Assembly: GCA_002269645.1 (NCBI GenBank)
Contig: NIVC01000328.1
Coordinates: 101,276 to 165,275, forward strand
Direction of reading: 5' to 3'
DNA length: 64,000 nt
Source: Macrostomum lignano
Lineage: Eukaryota
This document shows, one piece after another, positions 12,014 to 22,811 of the stretch. Position numbers and translations under genes: made by a program. Within the stretch, counting starts at the first letter, position 1, and every line of letters starts with the position of its first letter. The notes below the pieces were generated by a model that saw nothing but the letters and a program-made list of their open reading frames with translations, made no database searches and had not been told where the DNA came from.

Positions 12014-15000
12014 TTGACTTACTTGACTTAGCTGCAGGGCTGTCCCGGGGGGACACAGCGGGAAGGCGCGAACGCCCATTCCGCTAATCCCTGAACTGCC
12101 GACGCGTCGCTATGGACGAAGGGTTGGCGCCGCCCAGGGAGGTCCCTCAGTGTCGCCAGCAGCTATGGTGCTCTCTGGAAAGGAGAGTTCAGCCCTGCGG
12201 GTGGCCCGGAGGTAGCGCATGAGCTGATTAAAGTTTTCGGGTTTGCACGCTTCAGTAATAGATGTGTGTGGCCCGAGGTAAGTGAGTCTGGCTCGCGTAA
12301 AGGCGGGACAGATGCTGACGAAATGCTCAGCGGTTTCGTCACCTGAGTTAAATAAACTGCAGATGGCGTTGGTGGCGTTGCCCTGCAGGTACTGGTGCCT
12401 GGAGAAGCGGCCATTTAGAAGCTAATAAAAAAGGGCCTAGACAAGCCTAGAAGTAGGTCTGTCTTGCTCCAATTCATTGCAAAATTGGCGCCATTTACAT
12501 TCCTTGGCCTTGTGCACTTCAGATTTGAAGTTGCGGGAGGCTTGCCGGAAAAGCTCCATGTCCTCCGGGTTTCCGGTCTTCATGGCACGGCGATGAAGGC
12601 TTTTGGCCTTCCGCCTGAGTTTCCGCGGAGTTTCTGGAGTGCTACCGCGGTTGCGGAGCATGAGGTTTGTGTTAGAGTTGTGTTAGAGATGAGAGATGAT
12701 TAGATTGGATGATACAGAGGTCTCCATCTGAAAGATCAGTCCTCAGCCAAGCCTGGAGATGGCTGGCAGCGAGGATAGCCTCTCTAGGGCGGCTGTTCCC
12801 CGGGCCACACACATAAAAATCAGAGTAGCCATCAGAGTAGCCGTTGCGCATCCAGGGTTCCTGGATCAGGATGAGGCCTGGCCTGTACAGCTCAGCAATC
12901 TTCATCAGATTTACTGAAGCAGATACGCAATGCTGTAAATTTATTTGCAGACCGAATGTCGCTCCTTTGGCAGCGTGGAGCTTAGTCATACTGTATTAAA
13001 TGTAATGTCTGGCTAGAGCCCCGGGCCATCAAGGAGACTTGGACAGCAAATCGTCCTCGTCCCAGGCCGCTGGGGCTTGACTGGGAGATGGGAGTTGGTC
13101 GACGTCCATGGCCTCCTCACCCCCACCAGCCCCCCCCCCCCCAGCAGAGTCCTCGGGCTCGGATGACAGGATGGAGGAAGCTTCCTCATCTGCATCTTTG
13201 CCTTCAGACCCCGCCAGGGTGGCCGAGGAGAGCTCGGATTCCGAAGACCCGGCTGTGAAGTCTGGGTTTGCGTGCCGAAAAAGGTGGCCTCTGTATGGCT
13301 CTGTTTACTCAATATATTAATTAGTCAATATTGTGGGGTGGGGTGAAGCGATGCGCGATTGGTTGAGAATTAGTAAACAAGTTTAGGCGAAAGAATGAGT
13401 CATGAATAATAATGCGGGGCAGAGAGTGCAGCGCACGGCCTACGCCCTACACCGGCCTCGTCCGCAACTCCTTCTCCGACTGGCAGATTTGGTTCCCGGG
13501 GCTTGGCCGGAGCCGTTACCGCGGTCGTCGAACTGCTGCTAGCAGAGGGGCGAGACGCAGCTTCGGCTTTGGGATCGGCTTGCACCTTTCCTTGGGCCTT
13601 AGACTGCGCCCGCTCTTGCCGGAGATGCCGGGGTTGGCAGTAGCCTTTCCTTTGGCAGAAGGGAACAAGGTATTCCCTCCCCTCCCCTCGGTGCATCTTT
13701 CAAGAGCTTGAGGGCACCCAGCTGGAAAGAGGATCCGTTAGGGTACCGACTCGCCCAAGCGTTTGAAAGGCCGAGGACAACTGAGTTGCCCGTCTCCCCC
13801 CTGCGGACATTGCGGTGATACACCAGTCCACTAACAGGGAGGTCGGGATTCAGGCGCAGTAGGACCCGGCGGATAGCGTCTGGTCCAGCTGCGGTGCTCT
13901 TTGCAGAGACAAAAACCACAGGGTATTGTCTTTGGAAGCTGGCCTTCGCGAAGAAAAAGAGCTCCGCCGAGGTCAGCATCCAAGGAGACCGTCGGCAGCC
14001 GCTGGAGCAGCTGCTGAGCGTCCTCCTCACTGCTAGGAGCAATAAGAACGAATGTGCTTCGCAGCACCATCCGCTCAATGCCGATGGAGATTCCCTCCTC
14101 GACAGTCAGCTCAATCAGATAGGAGTCAACAGCACTCCACACTTTTTGAAGCTGACCAGTGGTCCAGTCCTGGTCTCGACCTTGAATGATCACTCCCGGG
14201 ATTTTGGCCTTGGCCTTCGCCGCAAAGGTAGCTCCCGAAGGAACCTCCTTGTTGGCAGCGGCCATTTGTTGCACCGTAATTTAGGAATTAGGCATCAAGG
14301 ATAGGGAATTAAGAATTGGGGATTCGGATTCCAACATTAGGAATCAGGGATAGGGAATTAAGAATCGGGGATTGAGATTAAAAATGAGCTTTTCTCGGTT
14401 CTATGATTTCTGGCAGTCTTTCAAACATTTAGACATTCAAACATCAAACATCAAATATTCTTTCAAACATTTAGACATTCAAACATCAAACATCAAATAT
14501 TCTTTCAAACATTATATATACTACACCTTGTGGGATTACACGCAGGTGCGGTTTTAGTTGGGGGGGGGGGGTTAAAGGCCTATTCATTCGTATACTTCAT
14601 AATGAAGATTTCCGTCTGCGAAAACTCTGATTCCCGCCCTCATGCGCCCCATCTCCCCCCCCCCCTACTCCTGTAGGTTAGGGTGATGAAATATCAGAAG
14701 AGTGATGTACTGTAAAGGAGAGGATCGCGAGATAGGACAATAGGTAGAGATACAGAGAGGGGGGTAGGACGAGAGTAGCATGACTGAATGACCTGGAGGA
14801 AGGTGATAAAAAGCGATAAAAGCGATATGGGCGATTCTGTGTGGCAACATAACTCATCACTAACCGTGCATCGAGTGGGTTAAAGATTAAGACAAAGGCA
14901 TTACACAATTAAGTAGTAAAAGTAAATCATAACTCAATTATAATAACAAGGTAGTAACTTCGTATATACTCAGCAACATCGAAAAGTCACCATCACAGAA

Positions 15001-16207
15001 GTCTGTGGTCGTCACTTTTGAGAGTGCCGGTAAAGTTTCTGAATCCTTGCGAGTGACGCAACTCAGCTACGCCACGCGGCAGACTTGAGTTGAGGAATGA
15101 AGTGGGGGGAGCGGTGTGCGAGGGTTGGACGGATTAAAGCAGCGGTTCTCAACCTTTTTTCAGGCGATATAAATCTGCGCTGATCCCTGAAGTCATGCCA
15201 AAAAGCCCGGACCAGCGCTTGAAAGCTCAATCAGCGCTGGAAAGCTCAAATCGGCGCTGGAAAGCTCAAATTGGCGCCGGAAGTCAAATTTGGCGCCAGG
15301 ATCACCAGATCGGCGCCAGGATCGCCGAATCAGCGCCGGAATGCTGAAACCAGCGCTGGAAAGCTCAAATCGGCGCGGGAAAGCTCAAATCGGCGCGGGA
15401 AAGCTCAAATTGGCGCCGGAAGTCAAATTTGGTGCCAGGATCCCCTAATCGGCGCCAGGATCCCCAAATCAGCGCTGGAATGTGCCAACGGGTGTAGAAG
15501 TGGCAGCATATATCAGCTTGCTACTTCTTGGCGCCAATTTAATATGCCGGCGCTAATTTCAGCCTTTGGGCGCCAATTTTAGTACCCTGGCAAGGTCAAT
15601 GCATTTAGTGCTCACGCACGGAGCCGAAAAAAAGTTTTTTCTTTTTTGAATTAGTGCCATGTATCTTGAAAACCAATGCCAGTCAAGTTCTGGCGTCTGT
15701 TTCTCCACAGCCCCGCAATGGCATATCCTAACCATTGTGGGCTGGCCCCATGGATGAATGCCCCTATTCATTCATCCATGGCTGGCCCGCGCTAAGGGAG
15801 CCCACCCCACCGTGGGGCGGACCCCGCTAACGGGCTATTTTTAGCGTGGGATGGGCTCCGCTAACGGGCGGTCATAAACTGCCCACACAGCTCGAAAAAC
15901 GAGACTAACCTTGTACAGCGGAGGGGGTGGGGCAGAGTGAGTGTCGCTTCCTGGGGAAGCGAAGCAACCAAAGAGGATTCCCTGCCTAGGGTCTGCCTTG
16001 AACACACGAGGGGACGGGTACCCCTGGTCGGCTTGCGAGACAGTGTGGGAGGGTCTGCGGCTGCCAGCGGCAAATAGAGGGTGCAGACCTCCCACCAGCC
16101 TTTACCTGCTGAAAATATGGGCAGGCGTGAAGCATCGCAGACCTTAGCCCATGGGCCAGGTCTGTCTCATACTTCACTGGGATGCTGAATACGCAATGCG
16201 AGCGAGC
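12014..16207 (-). mobile_element. Internally deleted LOA/R1-like non-LTR retrotransposon flanked by an 11-bp TSD
   Basis: TSD CCATACAAATC at 12003-12013 and 16208-16218, with the empty site in copy B (30694-30704). ORF1 remnant about 13030-14290; APE N-terminus QINLQHC..LIQEPW..RPREAI (12672-12960); EN-RT linker WRQFCNELE (12437-12661); C-terminal knuckle CSLFNSGDETAEHFVSICP (about 12150-12410); short TAAGTCAA tandem tail. No RT. Confidence 0.88.
15165..15480. repeat. About 20-bp degenerate repeat (GAAAGCTCAAATCGGCGCTG/CGGG) inside the LINE interval, probably a nested insertion
   Basis: Repeated units seen directly; preceded by hAT-like CAGCGGTTCTCAACCT at about 15140 with no visible partner end. 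Confidence 0.6.
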
Positions 16208-16271
16208 CCATACAAATCAATGTTCATCTGATGGTGTACGACTCGTACACCCGATTGAAAAGGAGAGCAGA

Positions 16272-16616
16272 GGGTTCTGACTCTGAGCGCGCGCGCCATG
16301 GATGAAGGAATAGGATCCTATTTTCTATTCTATTCTATTCCGCAAGGAAATGCTAATTTCTTTCCCTTAAACCGTCGTGGCCCAGAGGAAGAAAGCAGTT
16401 GTAGATGTCTTACGTTAATCGTGACTTTGGAATTTCCCTCGCGTACCAGCTTCAGCCAGTAAGAACTTAGTGGGGACTATTATTAAATTCCAGCAGCCAA
16501 TGAAATTCATGGGGGAATATCCCAATTTTTAGAAAGTCTTGGCCATAGACTCGCTTTCAGAAGAGCGATCCTTTCTATTCCTTCATCCATTGCGCGCGCG
16601 CTCAGAGTCAGAACCC
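16272..16616. mobile_element. 345-bp MITE-like element with about 42-bp terminal inverted repeats
   Basis: GGGTTCTGACTCTGAGCGCGCGCGCCATGGATGAAGGAATAG at the left is the reverse complement of the right end (1 mismatch). No clear TSD; absent in this form from copy B. Confidence 0.8.
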
Positions 16617-16726
16617 AAGAAGAGAGAAAGGCAGGCGGACGTGTTTTCATAGAGAGAGAGAGAGAGAGTAGGGAGAGCCACATTCTATCATTAAGCAGAA
16701 ATTATCGTATTCAAAAACAAAGCAAG

Positions 16727-18155
16727 ATGTTGTCGCTACGAAAGCTGAAGTCGGACCCGCTGGCTCCTCCAAGCGACTTCATTCAAATGCTGCTGATCGG
16801 CCACCGAGGTGTTGGCACCTGTCAGGAGCAGGAGCTGCGTAGGCGGCGCTGCTCGGAGCTCGGCCTACCGTTGCCGCTTAGATTTCGAGAAAACACGCTG
16901 CTATCGATGATGCAAGCTGAAAAAGCTGGCGCACACTTTGTTCAGTTCGAAGTGCAGCTGAGCAAAGACCGAGTGCCAATTATTCATCACAATTTCTACA
17001 CCGACGACGGCAGATTCGTTGGCAACCTGACGCGGGCTGAACTGCAGGATTGCAATGAGGAAGACGACGATATACTGCATGAGCAGCTGTACACCACTAT
17101 GGAGTCGTTCTTCGATTTTCTGCCAGAAAAGCTGGGATTTGACATTGAGATTAAGTATCCAAGGCAGTACAAGGTGAGTCTGTATTGAAGTGGTTGGAGC
17201 CCATGTCTTAGGCCTTGGGATGCTGCAGGTGTCCGAGCGAAAGTTCGTGACCCCAAAAGGTTTTGTGTTAGTTTCTTTAAAAGAGTTCTATTTGTTGCAT
17301 CCCTGACCCCTAGCCTCGGTGGTAATTAAGGGCGTACAGGGTACTATACTAGTATCCGGATCCTTGCTCGCCTGCGCCAGGACGCGAGGTGCTCGCATTG
17401 CTCAACCAATCAGCTGGCGGCACCCGACGGGGGGAGGCGCAAAGCCTCAGCCCGGGGCCCGCCCAACCAGCCAGAACCATGACTCAAAAACCATTAAAGT
17501 AAATAGACAAATAACATCAAGTAAGAGTACAAGCATAGAACGGAGTGCCCTTGTACTACGAGTACACCGAAGTGCAACACAGAACATAATTCTAATGGCT
17601 CATACATGCGACCACCACGAATCCACCTGGTCATACTATCCCAATTGTATCACACAGACAGGCGCCAGTGTCTGTCCGGAATTTCACTGGGATCTAGAGG
17701 ACTACGTGTCCAAAATTGTGAACTCAGCCAAGCGTCACAGCATCCGCAGTGTGAAGAATCGGCTAATCTTCTATTCCTCTTTCTCTTCTGACGTCTGCTT
17801 GGCCTTGCGTCGCCTGTACCCGGAGTGTTCCACTGTGTTCCTGGTGAACCACAAGGAGGGTCACAAGTACACCGATGTGCACGGTCTAAACGGACGCTCA
17901 GGACTCGAGTTCGCGACCTCAGCCTACCTACAAGGCGTAGCCATCCACTCCGAAGAGCTGCAGCCGCCCAAGGAAGGCGGCAGAAACCCCACGGAATTCG
18001 GTCGAGAGTTCATTCACGATTGCAAGCGCCGCAGGCTGCACTGTTTAACATGGGGCCCAAAAAATAATTCGGCGGAATTTCGCCGACTCCAACGAGAGTG
18101 GGGCGTTGACGGAGTCATTTACGACAACATTCATGCTGAGCGGGATGACTTGTGA
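16727..18155 (+). CDS. Glycerophosphodiester phosphodiesterase (GPCPD1/GDE5-like catalytic domain only), copy A, exons 16727-17173 and 17658-18155, 314 aa
   Basis: GHRG, ENT, VQLSKD..P..HH, IEIKYP, FYSSFSSDVC and GVDGVIYD motifs; phase-0 intron GTGAGT...CACACAG. Confidence 0.88.
17291..17590. mobile_element. About 300-bp insertion in the GDPD copy A intron
   Basis: Absent from the 195-bp copy B intron; short inverted ends TGTTGCA (17293) and TGCAACA (17579). Confidence 0.5.
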
Positions 18156-18200
18156 GCCATTTTGGATGGTGGGGGTGGGGGAGGGGGGTTCGCACTAGAG

Positions 18201-18570
18201 CAGGGGTCAGCAATCTCCGGTCCCTAAAGCCTCTGTATCCGGCCATCGGGTCCGTTGAAACTTCACAACAGCAATGATCCGGTCCACTCAAGGTTTCTGT
18301 CTCTTCCAGCTCGCTTCTGTCTAATCTCCTGCCTTCTCTTTTCTCTTCTCTCCTTTCCCTTCTTTTCTCTCCTCTCTACTCCTCTCTCCACTTCTATTTC
18401 ATTTCTCCTCTCCTCTTGTCTCCAGCTCTCTTCTCCTTTATTCCCTCACCTCTCTTATCTCCCATTTGTCTTCTCTCTACTCTATTCCCTCTCCTCTCTC
18501 CTCTCTGGCCCTCAGTCATGCGTTAGGTAGTCCATGTGGCTGTTTAAGTAAAAAAGTTTGCTGATTCTTG
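18201..18570. mobile_element. hAT (Charlie-like) MITE
   Basis: Left TIR CAGGGGTCAGCAA, degenerate right TIR TTGCTGATTCTTG; flanks CACTAGAG/TGCTAGGG resemble a decayed 8-bp CTAG-centred TSD. Confidence 0.75.
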
Positions 18571-19119
18571 TGCTAGGGCGGGACTACTGTAGTTGAAGCC
18601 GGAAGCTACACCTGAAACTCTTGGTTGAAGCCGGAAGCTACACCTGAAACTCTTAATTGAAAGCGGAAGCTACAGTCGCAAATCGTGCAAATTTTAAACA
18701 AAGAAATCATGTTTTATCACTGTTTGGACTATACATGTCCATGGAAAATAACTGTCGTAAAACTTCATTATCTAAAATCTGCCGTTGCAAGCTTATAGAA
18801 GCTGAGATAGGGCGGGCAGTTGTCAACCTTAGGTACTCAAATCTTTAGCACGAGTATATGGATAAGCAACACAGAAATATCAAAACAGCATAACTGCTCC
18901 AACGAAGTTTGCACGATTTGCAAGTGTGAGCGAGCGCCATTCTCCATGCACTTTTTTAGTTGCCCATGTTCACACTTGTGTGAATGCAATGTCGGTAATT
19001 CGGCATTCATGTTCAATTAAGTTTCCTATTCTTAAATACAATATTTTTAATACATTGAAATGTTCTTTAGACACAAAATGCGTTTTTAACGAATTACAGG
19101 TTCTTCAAGCAAAAAGCTA

Positions 19120-20570
19120 AAAACTCAAATACATGAAGAAACACCTGTCGAACTCAAATACATGAAGAAACACCTGTCGAAACTCAAATACATGAAGAAA
19201 CACCTGTCGAAACTCAAATACATGTAGAAACACCTGTCGAAAGTCAAATACATGTAAAAACACCTGTCGAAGGACTCGAAACTGAAATAAATGAAGAAAC
19301 ACCTGTCGAAACCCAAATACATGCAGAAACACCTGTTGAAACTCAAATACATGCAGAAACACCTGTTGAAACTCAAATACATGCAGAAACACCTGTCGAA
19401 ACTCAAATACATGCAGAAACACCTGTTGAAACTGAAATAAATGAAGAAACACCTGTCGAAACCCAAATACATGCAGAAACACCTGTTGAAACTCAAATAC
19501 ATGCAGAAACACCCGTTGAAACTCAAATACCTGCAGAAACACCTGTTGAAACTCAAATACATGAAGAAACACCTGTTGAAACTCAAATACATGCCGAAAC
19601 ACCTGTTGAAACTCAAATACATGCCGAAACACCTGTTGAAACTCAGATACATGCAGAAACACCTGTTGAAACTCAAATACATGAAGAAACACCTGTTGAA
19701 ACTCAAATACATGCAGAAACACCTGTTGAAACTCAAATACATGCAGAAACACCTGTTGAAACTCAAATACATGCAGAAACACCTGTTGAAACTCAAATAC
19801 ATGCAGAAACACCTGTTGAAACTCAAATACATGCAGAAACACCTGTTGAAACTCAAATACATGCCGAAACACCTGTTGAAACTCAAATACATGAAGAAAC
19901 ACCTGTTGAAACTCAAATACATGCAGAAACACCTGTTGAAACTCAAATACATGCCGAAACACCTGTTGAAACTCAAATACATGCAGAAACACCTGTTGAA
20001 ACTCAAATACATGAAGAAACACCTGTTGAAACTCAAATACATGCAGAAACACCTGTTGAAACTCAAATACATGCCGAAACACCTGTTGAAACTCAAATAC
20101 ATGAAGAAACACCTGTTGAAACTCAAATACATGCCGAAACACCTGTTGAAACTCAAATACATGCCGAAACACCTGTTGAAACTCAGATACATGCAGAAAC
20201 ACCTGTTGAAACTCAAATACATGCAGAAACACCTGTTGAAACTCAAATACATGAAGAAACACCTGTTGAAACTCAAATACATGCAGAAACACCTGTTGAA
20301 ATTCAAATACATGCCGAAACACCTGTTGAAACTCAGATACATGCAGAAACACCTGTTGAAACTCAAATACATGCAGAAACACCTGTTGAAACTCAAATAC
20401 ATGAAGAAACACCTGTTGAAACTCAAATACATGCCGAAACACCTGTTGAAACTCAGATACATGCAGAAACACCTGTTGAAACTCAAATACATGCCGAAAC
20501 ACCTGTTGAAACTCAAATACATGCAGAAACACCTGTTGAAACTCAAATACATGCCGAAACACTTGTCAAA
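19120..20570. repeat. 30-bp tandem repeat (GAAACTCAAATACATGCAGAAACACCTGTT)n, about 48 units
   Basis: Direct inspection; only 2-3 degenerate units at the paralogous site 32900-32980. Confidence 0.97.
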
Positions 20571-20924
20571 ACCAGCCGCTCTGATGAAGCACTTGTTTGG
20601 GTCTGTTAACAAGAGTTAACAAGAGTAACAAGAGTTGTTAACAAGAGAGCGCTCTGTCTTACTGAATGATGCGACTTCAAGTTTTGCTACTTGTTGCTTC
20701 GCTTGTTGTTGCGGCTTCAGGAGCTCCCACGACAACTCAGTTTGCCAGTAAGTATCTACTTTATGTGTTAAACATGTTATAAAAATTGCACCAAAACTCT
20801 ATCGCTGGGTCGCTCACGTGACGACGACAAGCTCGCAAGGCAAAGGCAAAGCGCTCTGCTGCCCCTTGACGAGTTGAAAGTGTCCTTCGACAGCGCTTTG
20901 GTTTTGATTTACCTGACTTAGCTG

Positions 20925-21294
20925 CAGGGCCGGCAAACTTATTTAACCTCAAGGGCCTAATAAAGGATCTACATGAAGCTCATGACTAGGCTGCGGGTCT
21001 TATAAGAGCGGAAATGAGAGGGAATAGAAGATGAGAGACGAGAGATGGGGTGAGAGAAAATTTAGAAGATAAGAGAGAAAAGGGGGAAGAGGAGAAGAAG
21101 AGAGAGGGGAGAGGGGAGGGGAGAGAGAAGAGAGAAGAGGGGAGAGAAGAGGAAAGAAGAGAGCTGAAATTGACAAGCTTGAAAAGTTTGAAAATTTGAC
21201 AGGATTGCTATTGTGAAGTTTCCAAGAACCCGAGGGCCGGATAGAGAGGCTTAGCGAGCCGCATGTGGCCCGCAGGCCGTAGTTTGCTGACCCC
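20925..21294. mobile_element. hAT MITE copy (opposite orientation to 18201-18570)
   Basis: CAGGGCCGGCAAACT ... GCATGTGGCCCGCAGGCCGTAGTTTGCTGACCCC. Confidence 0.75.
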
Positions 21295-21374
21295 ATCGTT
21301 AGCTACAGAGTTGTCCGAAGACACAGAGAGGTGCGAGTCGCCCATTACGTTAATATGGAGCCAAGGCGCGGGCC

Positions 21375-22440
21375 AAGCTCCAGAGATCACTGAAGCGCCA
21401 AAGACTCCGACTGTCCAACCGACTCAACGAGCTTCAGAGATCATTGAAGCGCCAAAGACTCCGACTGTCCAACCGACTTAACGAGCTTCAGAGATTACTG
21501 AAGCGCCAAAGACTCTGACTGTCCAACCGACTCAACAAGCTTCAGAGATCATTGAAGCGCCAAAGACTCTGACTGTCCAACCGACTCAACGAGCTTCAGA
21601 GATCATTGAAGCGCCAAAGACTCCGACTGTCCAACCGACTTAACGAGCTTCAGAGACTACTAAAGCGCCAAAGACTCCGACTGTCCAACCGACTCAACGA
21701 GCTTCAGAGATCATTGAAGCGCCAAAGACTCTGACTGTCCAACCGACTCAACGAGCTTCAGAGATCATTGAAGCGCCAAAGACTCCGACTGTCCAACCGA
21801 ATTAACGAGCTTCAGAGACTACTAAAGCGCCAAAGACTCCGACTGTCCAACCGACTCAACGAGCTTCAGAGATCATTGAAGCGCCAAAGACTCCGACTGT
21901 CCAACCGAATTAACGAGCTTCAGAGACTACTAAAGCGCCAAAGACTCCGACTGTCCAACCAACTCAACGAGCTTCAGAGATCACTGAAGCGCCAAAGACT
22001 CCGACTGTCCAACCAACTCAACGAGCTTCAGAGATCACTGAGGCGCCAAAGACTCCGACTGTCCGACCGACTTAACGAGCTTCAGAGACTACTAAAGCGC
22101 CAAAGACTCCGACTGTCCAACCGACTCAACGAGCTTCAGAGATCACTGAAGCGCCAAGACTCCGACTGTCCAACCGACTCAACGAGCTCCAGAGATCATT
22201 GAAGCGTCAAAGACTCCGACTGTCCAACCAACTCAACGAGCTTCAGAGATCACTGAAGCGCCAAATACTTCGACTGTCCAACCAACTCAACGAGCTCCAG
22301 AGATCATTGAAGCGCCAAATACTCCGACTGTCCAACCGACTCAACGAGCTTCAGAGATCACTGAAGCGCCAAAGACTCCGACTGTCCAACCAACTCAACG
22401 AGCTTCAGAGACTACTGAAGCGTCAATTGCTACGGTTGCC
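21375..22440 (+). repeat. 54-bp tandem repeat, about 19 units, reading as an 18-aa unit LKRQRLRLSNRLNELQRS; possible coding exon or pseudo-exon
   Basis: Direct inspection; same frame preserved in the diverged paralog 34870-35484. Copy A has three CGA>TGA stops and a -1 indel near 22157. Confidence 0.9.
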
Positions 22441-22811
22441 AGATCAGTTTGAAAGAAGGAACTAACGAAAAGGACAAAAGGGTGTTATAGTTAATTAACT
22501 TGGATATGAAAAGTTAGATGAAAAAAAATAATCGAACAGTTTTTTTCTGGACCTTTACATCGTTTCAATTTTTTTCATCGCTTTACTTTTGTCAGTCTTT
22601 CTGGATGAACGTCTTTCTCGCACCAATTTAAAGCCAAGCCGCAGAAATTAACTATATTTAGCTCGTAGTTTCGTCTAAAAACAGGAAAAAGTCCAGCTAA
22701 CAAAATTAGACTCAAGCTAAATTCTAGCATTAGTAGTACATGTAGCTCTAGAAAAAAAGTGTAATATAAGCAGCGACAGCGGGAGTTTCCATCAATTTCG
22801 CAGCTGTTTCA

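Noticed and set aside
16127-16177. SECIS interpretation of the ATGAG/CGAT motif
   Set aside because: It lies in a LINE 5'UTR, helix II and the apical AA loop do not fit SECIS geometry, and there is no linked in-frame UGA gene.
17319-17657. N-terminal 113 codons of the 278-aa ORF
   Set aside because: Lies in the GDPD intron and includes an insertion absent from the paralog.
19117-20619. ORFs (HVFEFQQVFL)n, (MYLSFNRCFC)n and (MQKHLLKLKY)n
   Set aside because: By-products of the 30-bp repeat; the common variants are non-silent in these frames.
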